From the NCBI GenBank assembly GCA_002633005.1, contig NMRA01000221.1:436290-500289 (forward strand): 64,000 nucleotides of DNA. The letters are read 5' to 3'. Made by a program: the position numbers and the translations under genes. Position 1 is the stretch's first letter, and every line of letters begins with the position of its first letter. The notes below the pieces were generated by a model. It was given only the letters and a program-made list of their open reading frames with translations. It searched no databases and was not told where the DNA came from. Shown in pieces: positions 38,565 to 50,600 of the stretch. Source of the stretch: Phoronis australis (Eukaryota > Animalia > Phoronida).

Positions 38565-38631
38565 ATGGCGTCCTCCATGAGGCTGTTTTTTAGGCTGCAC
38601 ACGGAGGTTTCACGTCGTTCCTTATCTAAAG
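38565..38631 (+). CDS. MRPL46: Second copy of MRPL46 exon 1, probably the other haplotype
   Basis: Encodes MASSMRLFFRLHTEVSRRSLSK with donor G|GTAACG. Nearly identical to 41688-41754 and lies inside the 36395-39643 duplicated block. Confidence 0.7.
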
Positions 38632-38726
38632 GTAACGTTTTTTATGAAAAGACACTGCACAATTGTTCGCAATTACCTTGGCGTATTTGCGCCTTGCTTG
38701 TAGATTTGAAAGTTTGGGCTTGCAGG

Positions 38727-39262
38727 TGTAATAGCCGAGATTACCCGACCCAGGAATCGAACCAGCGACTCCCGTAAAACCGGCAAGTGTGCTAACCATT
38801 CAGCTAATAGGCAATTGCCCGTTAGCGAGTAGCTAACAGAGGCTCATACGATTCACCGGAAGCACAGCTTCAACATTCCCCCCTTTCCTACGGAACAGGC
38901 ACGCCACCAGGAAGGTGAACACCGGGATGTCTCGCATACAGGTCATCAACATCCCTTGGTACCTTTACCACCACAACACAGGTGAACACAAGGTAGTCTC
39001 TCATACAGGTCCTTGACTCCTGGAACCTTCCATGCACCCCGTCCCGAGGTCTGTGGGCACTAGTTGGCAGTGCTTCATTGGTATATCATCCGTTTGCCCA
39101 CTACGCCATTTGCAGTAATAGCCGAGATTACCCGACCCGGGAATCGAATCATCGACCCCCATAAAACCAGCAAGCATGCTAACCATTCAGCTAATAGGCA
39201 ATTGCCTGTTAGCGATTAGCTAACAGAGGCTCTTGTGATTCATCGGAAGCACATCTACAACA
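38727..39262 (-). mobile_element. Miniature LTR retrotransposon (TRIM) with tRNA-like LTRs, Helenus-like; copy 1
   Basis: Two 149-bp direct repeats at 38727-38875 and 39114-39262, with outer TG/CA ends. CAGG 4-bp TSD at 38723-38726 and 39263-39266. On the minus strand, PBS TGGCGTAGT next to the 5' LTR and PPT GGAAAGGGGGGAA next to the 3' LTR. LTRs contain TAGCTGAATGGTTAG (A box) and GGTTCGATTCC (B box). Confidence 0.85.
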
Positions 39263-39325
39263 CAGGGTCTCCTGAGCACAGACGGACACCAACATGCAGC
39301 CCGTAACATTGGCTACAAGCCCAAG

Positions 39326-39580
39326 GCAGTCGATTCTCACATTCACATGGACTGACTGACCTTTGCATGCCAACGTTTTTCACCCGACGTGGCGGGCCGG
39401 CTGCTGACCATCTCTGAAATAAATTACATGAGTACAGTGCTTCCCTGTCCATCAAAGCTGCCCATATGTTTAACAGGGGGTGTAGCCGTCTTTGTGACCC
39501 AGTACATTATCAGTTCATGGAAGAATCCACTGAAGCGTACCCTTCGAGTTGGAAGGCAGCAATCGGCATCCATCCCAAAA
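39326..39580 (+). pseudogene. tatD: Truncated 5' part of the same TatD remnant in the other copy
   Basis: AVDSHIHMD*..GGVAVF..AIGIHPK, then joined directly to sequence found at about 44995 in the other copy. Confidence 0.75.
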
Positions 39581-41687
39581 ATTTTTCGAGCACACAAGGC
39601 TATATATTTGTGGAACGATTCAACACCTGGAAAATTTTCCTATNTGAGCACTCCAAGCAGGTGTCTGTCGACTGGGATGTCCCGCACCGTAAATGTTGTG
39701 ATTTGCTTTCGGGGATTTCTGATGTTTGACAAGAATGTTAATGTTTTGACGGGTTTCCCAGCACGTCTGTTTACCTGTCAGTCGGAATGCGGAGACTTTA
39801 ATTAATCTAACCACCGTGAGCGCAGCCAATTATTATTACATCAAGATCAAGGAAGCTGAAACTCACTTCTTCATCAGCTTTGTATTTCTGACACAAGACG
39901 AATGCTCCATTAACATGTCATAATATTCTTTTGTGTCGGCGGCATCTGCTCCCTAGTCATGATTGGGCTTGCCTGCCCTTGAACAAATTTGTCAGCAATA
40001 CTGACCATCAAAACCACAAATGAAATTTCTAAACACGCTTGGTGCAATTTTCGTGAAGACGACTATCTACAATAACATAAGCTTGCAGCTTGCAATTAGA
40101 CATCAAGTTCATTTATTGAATACAAATACATGCAAGCGCAAGTTGCCAACGCAATTTTGACGAGGTTTTTGGTCTGCATTGACTTCAGTCAAGCCAGCCT
40201 TAGTTTTGACAAGTGGTATCATGATACATGTATTCAGTTTCGGCACTGAACCCGCGTCGAATTTATGTAGAAAAATGCAACTGCCATCGGATTGCCTGTA
40301 GTTGGTACGCGAATCACAAAGTAGTGCAAAGTAGAAATCCATACGCCTCACATTTTTTCGTCTGCAAACCACTGAAACGCGCGCCAACCAAACAGTGCCA
40401 GAAGCCCGTGAAGGGGACAAGGTTATGATTGACAAATCGAGTGTCCAAATTATACGTACTCCCATTCAAACGGAGACGAACCCCAACTCAAGCGCGCTGT
40501 TACAATTCAATTCTTAGTTTAAAATAAAATTATTGACAAAAAGTAACTGAGTTTACTTTACATTGCGCAAGCGTGTTTTTACAAAAGTTGCGTCGTGAGG
40601 TTTAAAGTTTTAGACACGTCGAGTTTTTCTGCAAAAGGGTTGTTTTTACGGTTTATGTCAGAAAACAAATCGTATAATCGCCTCTGGTTTATGGCATGGG
40701 CAAAATTCATGAGCAAGCCTCGGGATTTCATGCGCGCACTCAGCCTTTAACATGGGGGGGGAACTCGAATTTCTGGCGAAGTGGACCTTCTGCTAACAAA
40801 AAAGCGGGAGGCCTAAAAAAAGGTTACCATGCCTTTTTAGTGGACTTTTGTCTCGTTTATTCGGACTTTTTGGTTCTCTGAGGCGGACCTTTTTGCTCAC
40901 TTCGCCAAATTGGGGTGGAGGGCATGGATTTTGATGAAATTACCAATGTGTTTTGTCCAGAAACTTGAGACTTACCGTTCAGTGTTCAGGCTGAGAAGCT
41001 GTCACGCCGAGATAAACCAGGGGGACCAACACTAGTCGTACATAGTGGGTGCATGGAAGCCTTTCGTCACAGAAATGCAAAATTCTTCGAGCTGGGAAAG
41101 GTCCAGGAACTCTGGACCTCCCTGTGGATGCGGGAGCAGACTGGGGAGCAACACTCATGAAATTTGTCGTTTGTGACTGCAGAGTGAACCGGTGACCAGG
41201 TGGGCTTCAATCTCAGCTTGGGCGCCTACTGAGACCAGTAGGTCGTTATTGTTATCAAAAGTGTTGTAAGATGTTCATTCAAAAAATGATGTAAAGTGGT
41301 TATAGTTTATGCCAAAGACGCTATATTGTAATCTCAAGTTTTTCATAACAAGAACTGAAGCACCGTAGACGAAGTCAGGGGCGGATCCAGGATTTTTGAG
41401 TTGGGGGGGGCAGGGCAGATTTTTACCCAGGATTTTGCTTGCAAGACATTCGCACCCCCGAGCTGCCAAATGGAGAGTGCAGGATTTTAGGGGGGCCTGG
41501 CCCCTTGGCCCCCTCTAAATCCGCCACTGGAAGTTGTTAATAATTATAGCTCATCACCTCGATCAACAATACGTATCGAGATGTGCTGTCATCTATCGGT
41601 CAATCAAAATTGACCGATAGATAGCAGCACATCTCGTTTAAAAATTATTAATTTTCTGTGTCTGAAGGTAAGAATATTTGGTTCAAT

Positions 41688-44600
41688 ATGGCGTCCTCCA
41701 TGAGGCTGTTTTTTAAGCTGCACACGGAGGTCTCACGTCGTTCCTTATCTAAAGGTAACGTTTTTTATGAATAGACACTGCACAATTTTTCGCTTAGCAA
41801 CCGGAAATTACTTTGGCGTATTTGCGCCTTGCTTGTAGATTTGAAAGTTTGGGCTTGCAGGTGTAATAGCCGAGATTACCCGACCCGGGAATCGAACCAG
41901 CGACTCCCATAAAACCGGCAAGTGTGCTAACCATTCGGCTAATAAGCAATTGCCCGTTAGCGAGTAGCTAACAGAGGCTCATATGATTCACCGGAAGCAC
42001 AGCTTCAACATTCCCCCCTTTCCTGCGGAACAGGCACGCCACCAGGAAGGTGAACACCAGGATGCCTCGCATACAGGTCATCAACATCCTTTGGTACCTT
42101 TACCACCACAACACACAGGCGTCCTCAGCTTCTGATCGTCCCCAATACACTACATATAATACTACAAGGTAGGACACTCCTGACTAGAAATTCCACGGGT
42201 GCTTCACTTCAGCCGTCCATAGCAAACATAAAACTCAATAAATTTACACAAAACAGAGGTTCAACAAACCATGAAGAATTGTTCTTTCTCCCAATACCAT
42301 TCACGGTGTCCTGTTCCGGCGACTTCGTAAGAAATTCGCAGTCAAAGAACAAAAATGTTCACNNNNNNNNNNNNNNNNNNNNNNNNNNNNNNNNNNNNNN
42401 NNNNNNNNNNNNNNNNNNNNNNNNNNNNNNNNNNNNNNNNNNNNNNNNNNNNNNNNNNNNNNNNNNNNNNNNNNNNNNNNNNNNNNNNNNNNNNNNNNNN
42501 NNNNNNNNNNNNNNNNNNNNNNNNNNNNNNNNNNNNNNNNNNNNNNNNNNNNNNNNNNNNNNNNNNNNNNNNNNNNNNNNNNNNNNNNNNNNNNNNNNNN
42601 NNNNNNNNNNNNNNNNNNNNNNNNNNNNNNNNNNNNNNNNNNNNNNNNNNNNNNNNNNNNNNNNNNNNNNNNNNNNNNNNNNNNNNNNNNNNNNNNNNNN
42701 NNNNNNNNNNNNNNNNNNNNNNNNNNNNNNNNNNNNNNNNNNNNNNNNNNNNNNNNNNNNNNNNNNNNNNNNNNNNNNNNNNNNNNNNNNNNNNNNNNNN
42801 NNNNNNNNNNNNNNNNNNNNNNNNNNNNNNNNNNNNNNNNNNNNNNNNNNNNNNNTCACAATAAAATGGCTGCCGAAGGCAGTGCACATTTGAAATAACT
42901 TGGCACAAATTAAAGAAAACTTCCGAATCGATGAATGCGGTATATTTGTGAGAGTTAAATCGAATCCTATTCAGATCATAACTTTGAAGTGGAATAATTC
43001 GGTGAGTACAACAGCAAGTCGGTTTTATGCTTAGGCGGACGAACATTGGGTTCCCCAGTATATCTTCCGTTTGCTGACTACGCCATTTGCAGTAATAGCC
43101 GAGATTACCCGACCCGGGGATCGAATCATCGACCCTCATAAAACTGGCAAGAATGCTAACCATTTAGCTAATAGACAATTGCCTGTTAGCGAGTAGCTAA
43201 CAGAGGCTCATGTGATTCACCGGAAGCACATCTACAACACAGGGTCTCCTGAGCACAGACGGCCACCAACATGCAGCCCGTAACATTGGCTACAAGCCCA
43301 AGGCAGTCGATTCTCACTTTCACATGGACTGACCTTTGCATGCCAACGTTTTTCACCAGACGTGGCCGGCCGGCTGCTGACCATCTCTGAAATACATTAC
43401 ATTAGTACAGTGCTTCCCTGTCCATCAAAGCTGCCCGTATGTTTAACAGGGGGTGTAGCCGTCTTTGTGACCCAGTACATTATCAGTTCGTGGAAGAATC
43501 CACTGAAGCGTACCTTTCGAGTTGGAAGGCAGCAATCGGCATCCATCCGAAAAACGCTAAATCCTTCAACCCTGCACTGGAGAAGGAAATTTTCAAACTT
43601 CTTCAGTTGCCTAACATTGTGGCCATAGGTGAATTGGGATTGGAAGAAGGTCATGGTAGCTCTGAAGTACAGCAGCAAGTGGTCGTATCGCTGGTGTGTG
43701 GTCTCACCCGTTCCCAGACGTTTCACGGCACTCGTGTGCTTGTATTCCACCTTCAGCCCAACGTCTCTGCTTCGCCCTTTCACACTGCCCATCATTACAT
43801 GAGAAGGTTGCTGAGTGACGTCATACCCAGGGCCCAACCCATCCACCTTCAATGTTTTTCTAGCAACCCCCGGAGGTCCGATCGTGGATAAAGGCCTTCC
43901 CCAATATGTATTTTGGTTTTGTTGCCAATGCTCATCATTTCTCCCCCTCCCAATATAACTCTTTGGCAGCAGTGCCCTTAAGTCGTCTATTGGATACCGA
44001 TTCTCCCCCATCTAGCTACGTCCTCTCGACCAGTGGCCCTGCATTTCATCTGGGAAGTGGCCTGGAAAATAGCACATATTTGTCAATCTGGCGGCAATGT
44101 AGTGCTGAATACACTCTGTCAAGAACGCATGTGTTCTATATCATTTGTAAGTCCGGAGAGGGTCCCTAGTGAGTACTTTTACCACTAGGTGTCTGCTCTC
44201 TGATCTGGGGGGGGGGGGNTGTGTTAGTTGATGAAACTTCTGTCATTAACCCATGTGCATTATTGTCTGATTCTAGGGGAGCTGTCTTTGTCTTACTAAC
44301 ACTTTGAAGTTTCTTCTTTTTGGAAGAAGGGGGGTGGTTAAAATTTTTGGGTGTTTTTTTATATAAAATGGCAATGATGTTGTTTCCCGGCTGAGTCCCA
44401 CGCTTTTTAGGGAGGAGGGGAATGCTGTTATTGGCAACATCATTGGCCCTTTGTTTTTTCTGTGGCGTCTTGTGATGGGTCTGTTTTGGTATGTTCCCGT
44501 ATGCTGAATATATAAAGAGTTAGCATCGTCTATCTTTGGCTTTGCTTGCAAACGAATGTTGTCTTCAGAGACTGCTACTTGTTTGTGCTTCAACTGGAAC

Positions 44601-47600
44601 TGACCCAGCCTTTTAAATAGTAAGTACTCTTGAGTCCCTAGCTAGGAACCGGTCAGTAATGCAACACAAACATAGACAGAACAGATTCCGCGTCATATTT
44701 TTGTGTCCTAATTTTCTTTTTAGTATTCACAAAAACAGCATTCAGTTAGTTGATTATTTTCTCACTCAGTCTATAATTTTAACTGGAAAACAGAATAATT
44801 ACTTACCATGCTTCACTATTTCAATAATTTGTCTTGTAACTGCAGATTTTAAACATGGGTCGGGGCTTTTCAATTCAAAGTTCAATACATGGCTCAAGAT
44901 TTCCAAACATGGTGGGCTCCCCAAACAGCCTGTGAGATATACAGCTTGTGCCAGTGTTCAATAACCTTTACTTCAGTTAAATTTTACAACAACCCAAAAA
45001 TTTTTTGAGCACACAAGCCTATTTATTTGTGGAACGATTCAACACCTGGAAAATTTTCCTATTTTTTTCCTTGGTCATTCCAAGCCATGAAACAGGAATT
45101 GAGATTGCCAAAACAAGGAGACCTCTTCCAAGAGGTTGTGAAAGTTTTAGCTCCTAAACACCACATAGTTTGAAACAGCTGTAAATAAAATAAACAAAAT
45201 ATCTGAAGTAAAAACTTCCGAACTCGTCAAATGTCAGTCGCTTGTACGAACTGTTGTTTCCTTCATTTGCCCATATCCTACACGGGCTCACCTCCTAGGG
45301 CAGAGTAAGCAGCACGCATTACCTGTGCATGACTCATACATCGGTCAGTCCGATCTTTGTATAACGATTCTGATTTTCTTTTGTTTTCTTTAGTATTTTG
45401 AGTGCGTTCCTTGAATGTGTGCGTGGCGTCTTCGCGTCACACCAAATCTGAGGTCACATTGATGACCTGCAGGTCTGCTATGTATGTATGAAGGGTGGTT
45501 AAGTTCTGAACAACTACTGTATAACTACAAAGGATTTTAATTGTGAGGTCTCAAATGCCACTGATGAGTTCCTCGCATCAATACAGGTTTTAAACAATCA
45601 ATCTGAGTTTCACCTTATTCTTTCAGTGTTGTTCTCGTCTCCCTGTAGACGGTGTAGTGTAGCCGCACCCGCCGCAGCAGAGAAATGGCAGCTGATGACT
45701 GCAGTGTGCCTGGAGAGGTACCCGGTCGTTGCTAAGCAACGTACAGAGATGGAACAACAGTACCAGACTTGCCTGGACAAGCAAGAGTTGGAAGGGAGCC
45801 TGTTGGCAGACCATGAATTGAGGCTTGCGGAGGACCTGTAAGTCAGTGTGGGCACCTTACTGATCAGATTTCTGACTGTTTGATTGAATGATGTCATTTG
45901 AAGTATGGACATACTTTCTGTTCAAACTGCTTGTAATTTAGAGCATGTTATGAAATTGGTCTCATTACAAGTTGTTCCTTAATCACTGATAAGTTGGGAA
46001 GATCAGACAGTTTGAGAACAGACATGCTAAGTTGGCTTGGCCAGACAGGTTATTGTATGGACTGAGCATGGCTTTAAGCTTGCGGTAATTGCCATTTCTT
46101 TCGAAGCCTGAAAATCAATTGTAATTCGCATTAGGAATAAGTCAAGACCAGTTTTATAATTGGCAAGTCGTCGAAATGAAAAGGTCATTAACTTTTGAAA
46201 ATGACAATTTTGCCAATTAGTTTGTGTTAAATCACTGAAGAATTACTGTAAATATTTTTGAGTGAAAGGGTGTTTAAACAGCACGTCTTTGACATTAGCT
46301 GACTACAAGCTACAAGAAGTTATGTGGCGTGATTTGCTTTTAGCTTTTATGGTGTAGTAGTTGTCATAATTATGCAAAGAGACCAGCTGTCTCTCTGTCC
46401 AATCCAATGCACCAGGAAGTGAGGTTAGTTTGTGGGTAGGTACATTTTGGCTTGAGGCGGATCTGCTAGTATTGAATATTTTTTATATTACCATACAGAG
46501 ACTCTATATATTTTTCACGTTTGGAAATTGGTAACGGTACAGTCAGAGTGCTCTTGTGTCCCGTTTTCTAACAGCCAGCCCTCCCCTCCCTAAAAGGGTA
46601 ACTTTTAGGCCTCCATTGTATAACATCTCCACAAACAGAACACTGCAAGAAATCTTCAATGTTCCCCACAACCTGGTTCTACTCGTCACTGCGCCGAGCT
46701 TGAATTTTCGCCCTGACGAGTCTGGCTTACTTGCGCCGAGTTTGAAAACCAATGCAATGAGTTTGAAGTAGTGGCAGATTAGTCACTTCGGAAGCAAGTT
46801 AGCAGATTTTGGCCGTTTGGTATCAGTTCAATGCATGTATTTCGACACTTCACACTAACTTCACACAGTATGGACATGGACCTTCGAACACTTATAGTAC
46901 ATGAATTTTGTAATTTCATTCGAGTTTGAATTTTCTGTTGTGAAGAACACTCATTTTCTACTTGCATCATGTTTGATTGAATTATTAATTAATTTATTGA
47001 TTAGATATTTCCCATCATGACAAAGTAATAATAATGAAAATGAAAATGACGTCCTGGACATGGCAGGAAATCGTGGATCTTATTTCTGCTTTGGTCAAGG
47101 CTGAATGAAATGGTGTGCCATCTGACCAGATTCATATCTTGAGAGCTTTATTGGTCAACTGTCAACCACTTGATTGTGATGCTATTCGAGTTGCTTCCTC
47201 GCAACTCTGGAATACTGAATTCTCCTGCTTACGTCAGTACTACTGGCAATGAATGTCCCTGTTTGCTCTTCATTTGATTTCTTACGGTTACCAGGAATGT
47301 GGTCACTGAAATATTTAGGTCACTTTTCCGTCATGTAAAGTTAGCTACATTCTCTAGCTTAGCAAATGACAAAATTATGTCATTCATGTTGATAGTATTG
47401 TTATCATCAAATAGCATATTTTGGAATTGATAACGGTGTTATGTATTTGATTTTTTGCTGTTTTGCCAGGGTTGTGGTTGAGCGTCGTAAGGCTGAGGAC
47501 TTTGAGGAGACAGAGGCAGACGTGAACAGAGTGATGGCGCTGGACCTTGAAGATTTGTGGGAGGAGGAGTATGGAGTGTTCATGTCCAAGTATGGTTCTA

Positions 47601-50600
47601 CAGGTATGAACTATGAAAGATGTGACTAGGTATATAGGTATCTATGGGTCTACAGGTGTGGTAAGGTATATAGATATCTATGGTGTACAGGTGTGGTAAG
47701 GTATATAGATATCTATGGTGTCTATGGTCTACAGGTGTGGTAAGGTATATAGATGTCCATGGTCTACAGGTGTGGTAAGGTATATAGATATCTATGGTGT
47801 ACAGGTGTGGTAAGGTATGTAGATGTCTATGGTCTACAGGTGTGTTCAGGTATTCAGGTGTCAATGGTTCTACTAGCAACAGTTACCTGCCTGTATACCT
47901 TAGTATACAGGCAGGTATTTATGGGATTACAGGTGCTAATACAGATACAAAGCCAAGAAGGAAAATATGACAAAGTACTGTTGAATGGTCACATTAAAGG
48001 GATGTCGTCTGCTGTCAACTGGCCGCAGACGATGTCTGGATACTATGCTGTTTTCCGTTTGTCGACGTGCAGCTCTCCAGTGTGACTTTAGAAAAATTCA
48101 GATTGTGTTTGGTAACCTGGGAGGCTGGGATAATCCCAAGTCTCCACAACGAATATCAAAATAAGTCAACAATTCACTTGCAATTTGTTTCAGGAGTTGT
48201 GGTGTCCTCCAAAGTGTAAATTAACAAAAAAAATTCCGAGATTCATTATCTTTGATTCGCAATTGTTTCATTTATTTCATGAAATCAGTGCATTTGCCAC
48301 CACAGCAGTCAGCACACATGAAATGCACTCAAATTCCAACAGGAAGTAAACAGACGGACGTCGGAATTGTTTGGCAAAAATCTGATAAAGTCAGACCCTG
48401 CATGAAACACGCACTTGCAGTGTATGTGATTGTCTGCATTCTTCGTTGGCTTAAAAGGAAATGAGTTAGAGATTGAATGGTGCATATTCACGGGGGAAAT
48501 GGAAGAGGTGTGCCTAATTTTCGGCGACTTCGAACTTAGTTTGGCGACCTCAGTTTTCAGCTGGCGACCTGGAATTTCAGCTAAGTCGCATTTGGCAATT
48601 TGGCATTAAGCTAAGCATTGAGCACTGCATTGTATGGCTAAACACCCAACTTTGAATTTTCGATAGTTTTATTTTGAATTTATGTGATTGTCTTTTTCTT
48701 GGTTGTATTCAGATTTTCATGCTTTTGTCCCATAGTTTCTTTCACATGATATCTAGAGAATACACCGTCAACTCTTTAATTTAAATTAAAAGTCGGATGA
48801 TAATTTGTATTGCTCAGTGTGTCACTATTGTTTTACCTTGTTCTGAATTCAATTAATATGTTTTACACTGACAAGTAAATTCGTTGTTTTCATTCTTTTT
48901 CAGTTAACTCTAACAGTGATGATCTCAAGTCTACAGATCATAACTTAGATGAGAAGCTCACCTTGATTGTTCGTCAGAAACTTGGTGACCAGACTCACTG
49001 GGTGTTACCGCAGAGTCCCAGGCAAGCAGGGCAGTCCATGAGAGAGGTACTCGTCTCGCTCACTTTCGTGTTCGTGTGGTTTTTCCGGATGTTGAGAATT
49101 TTTTGAACACATGTCAGTGTTCTCCACAACAGTTTTCAAACTCCACTGGAATCAAAAATCATGTACTTGTTCGAAAGTCTATGTCCATACCATGGGGAGT
49201 TGGGTGTCACCTCTTGGAATAATTGCTTAAGAAACACTCCAAACTCACTGCATGGTTTTCAAACTCAACACAAATGAGCCAAACTCGTCACGACATAATT
49301 CAAACTCGACACAGTGCTGTTTTATAATTTGTAGTTGGGACTATTGCTGGTGATTGTTAGTGTTAAAGTGTTTTATGGAATAAAGTTATGGTAGTTTTAT
49401 GTTACTGTGAAATAGGTCAAATGTTAGAGGGCGCTCATGGTGTGCTGGCTGTACTCTTTACCCCCGTTGTTGTTGTAATTTGACACAAAGTCTCGCTGAG
49501 GCGTGTTTTTGATTTTGTATTGAAATTTTTATTTGACAGAGATAGTTGACAAACCATGACTGCTTGAATGAATTCAAATGTGTGTTTAATAAGACGATTA
49601 TCTTGTCAGTTTGGCAAGATATTGCAGGTGTCCTTGAGTTATTTTAGGCTTTCACAAGTTATTGGCGATTGTTCATGAGATATTGCATGAGCGCACCCAG
49701 CGGGGCTCGGGGGCTCGAATGAGAAATGGACAAAAAGTCCGAGAAAACAAAACAAAATGTCCACTAAAAAGGCGCAAATGCACAATTCACAGCCCTGGAC
49801 GTGGTACCCCGTTTTTTTTAGTCCTTTGGCTTTTTTGTTAGTAAAAGGTCCACATCTTCGGAAATTCGAGCCCCACCATATTAAAGGCTGGGTGCATGTA
49901 TCGCGATTGTCCATGGGATATTATGAGTGTCCGTGAGATAATGCGAGTGCCCAGGAGGCATTGCAAGTTTCCGTGAGATATTGCGAGTGCCAGTGAGTTA
50001 TTGAAAAGTCCATGAGATACATTGCCGTGCACAGCATGTATTCTGATTGGCTTCCTCTTACAATGGTTACATTAGTTCATTGCCTTCTGTTATTCTTGGC
50101 TTTGTCTTCATTTCAGAGTGCAGAACATACCTTACAGTCTCTCTGCGGTGACAACATACAGGCACAGTTTATGGGTAATGCCCCTTGTGGCTACATCAAG
50201 TATAACTACCCTAAGTCATCAGAGTACAGTGGAGCCAAGGTAAGTTACCGACATCTGCTCTTGGTACTCTTTATACAGTGCCATCTGTTGTTGTTAATCT
50301 GTAACTTTGTAACTTCATTTAGACCTCTAAATGCTATAAAAATAGTTTTAATTTGTTCCTTACTCAAATGAGAAGTGATTTGTTATTGGTTCAACCGCTG
50401 CTCGTCAACCTAAAATGACACGCTGTGACCTCAACTGTCATGGGGAATGTTCATTATCACTGGTGTCTCACCAGAAGAGCAACATGTCGCGAGACTTCCC
50501 TAGATATCGCTGTGTATTTTCAATGGAAGCAGTTTGAGACAAATTTATTAAAATTAAATGGTCTAAGTCGAAATTCGGTTTTCGTGATTGAAGTCACTTT

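Larger units (their letters stand above)
36395..45062. repeat. Tandem duplication (36395-39643 and 39645-45062), probably uncollapsed haplotypes
   Basis: Joined at a single N (39644). The first ~0.85 kb is essentially identical; later sequence has SNPs and large indels. Confidence 0.9.

Noticed and set aside
38740-38815. Functional tRNA genes at the four LTR copies
   Set aside because: The acceptor and anticodon stems pair poorly and the copies differ. The sequence is embedded in LTRs.
42279-43163. Long ORFs in the ORF track here and at about 6055-6308
   Set aside because: Artefacts of N runs and the TG microsatellite.
43397-44011. 204-aa minus-strand ORF
   Set aside because: Antisense shadow of the TatD remnant, with no motifs of its own.
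36395-45062. True duplication of the MRPL46 promoter and first exon
   Set aside because: The single-N junction and allele-level divergence favour uncollapsed haplotypes. The same pattern occurs at 22172.
47629-47855. CRISPR-like array
   Set aside because: Contiguous tandem units without unique spacers, in a eukaryotic intron, with no cas genes.
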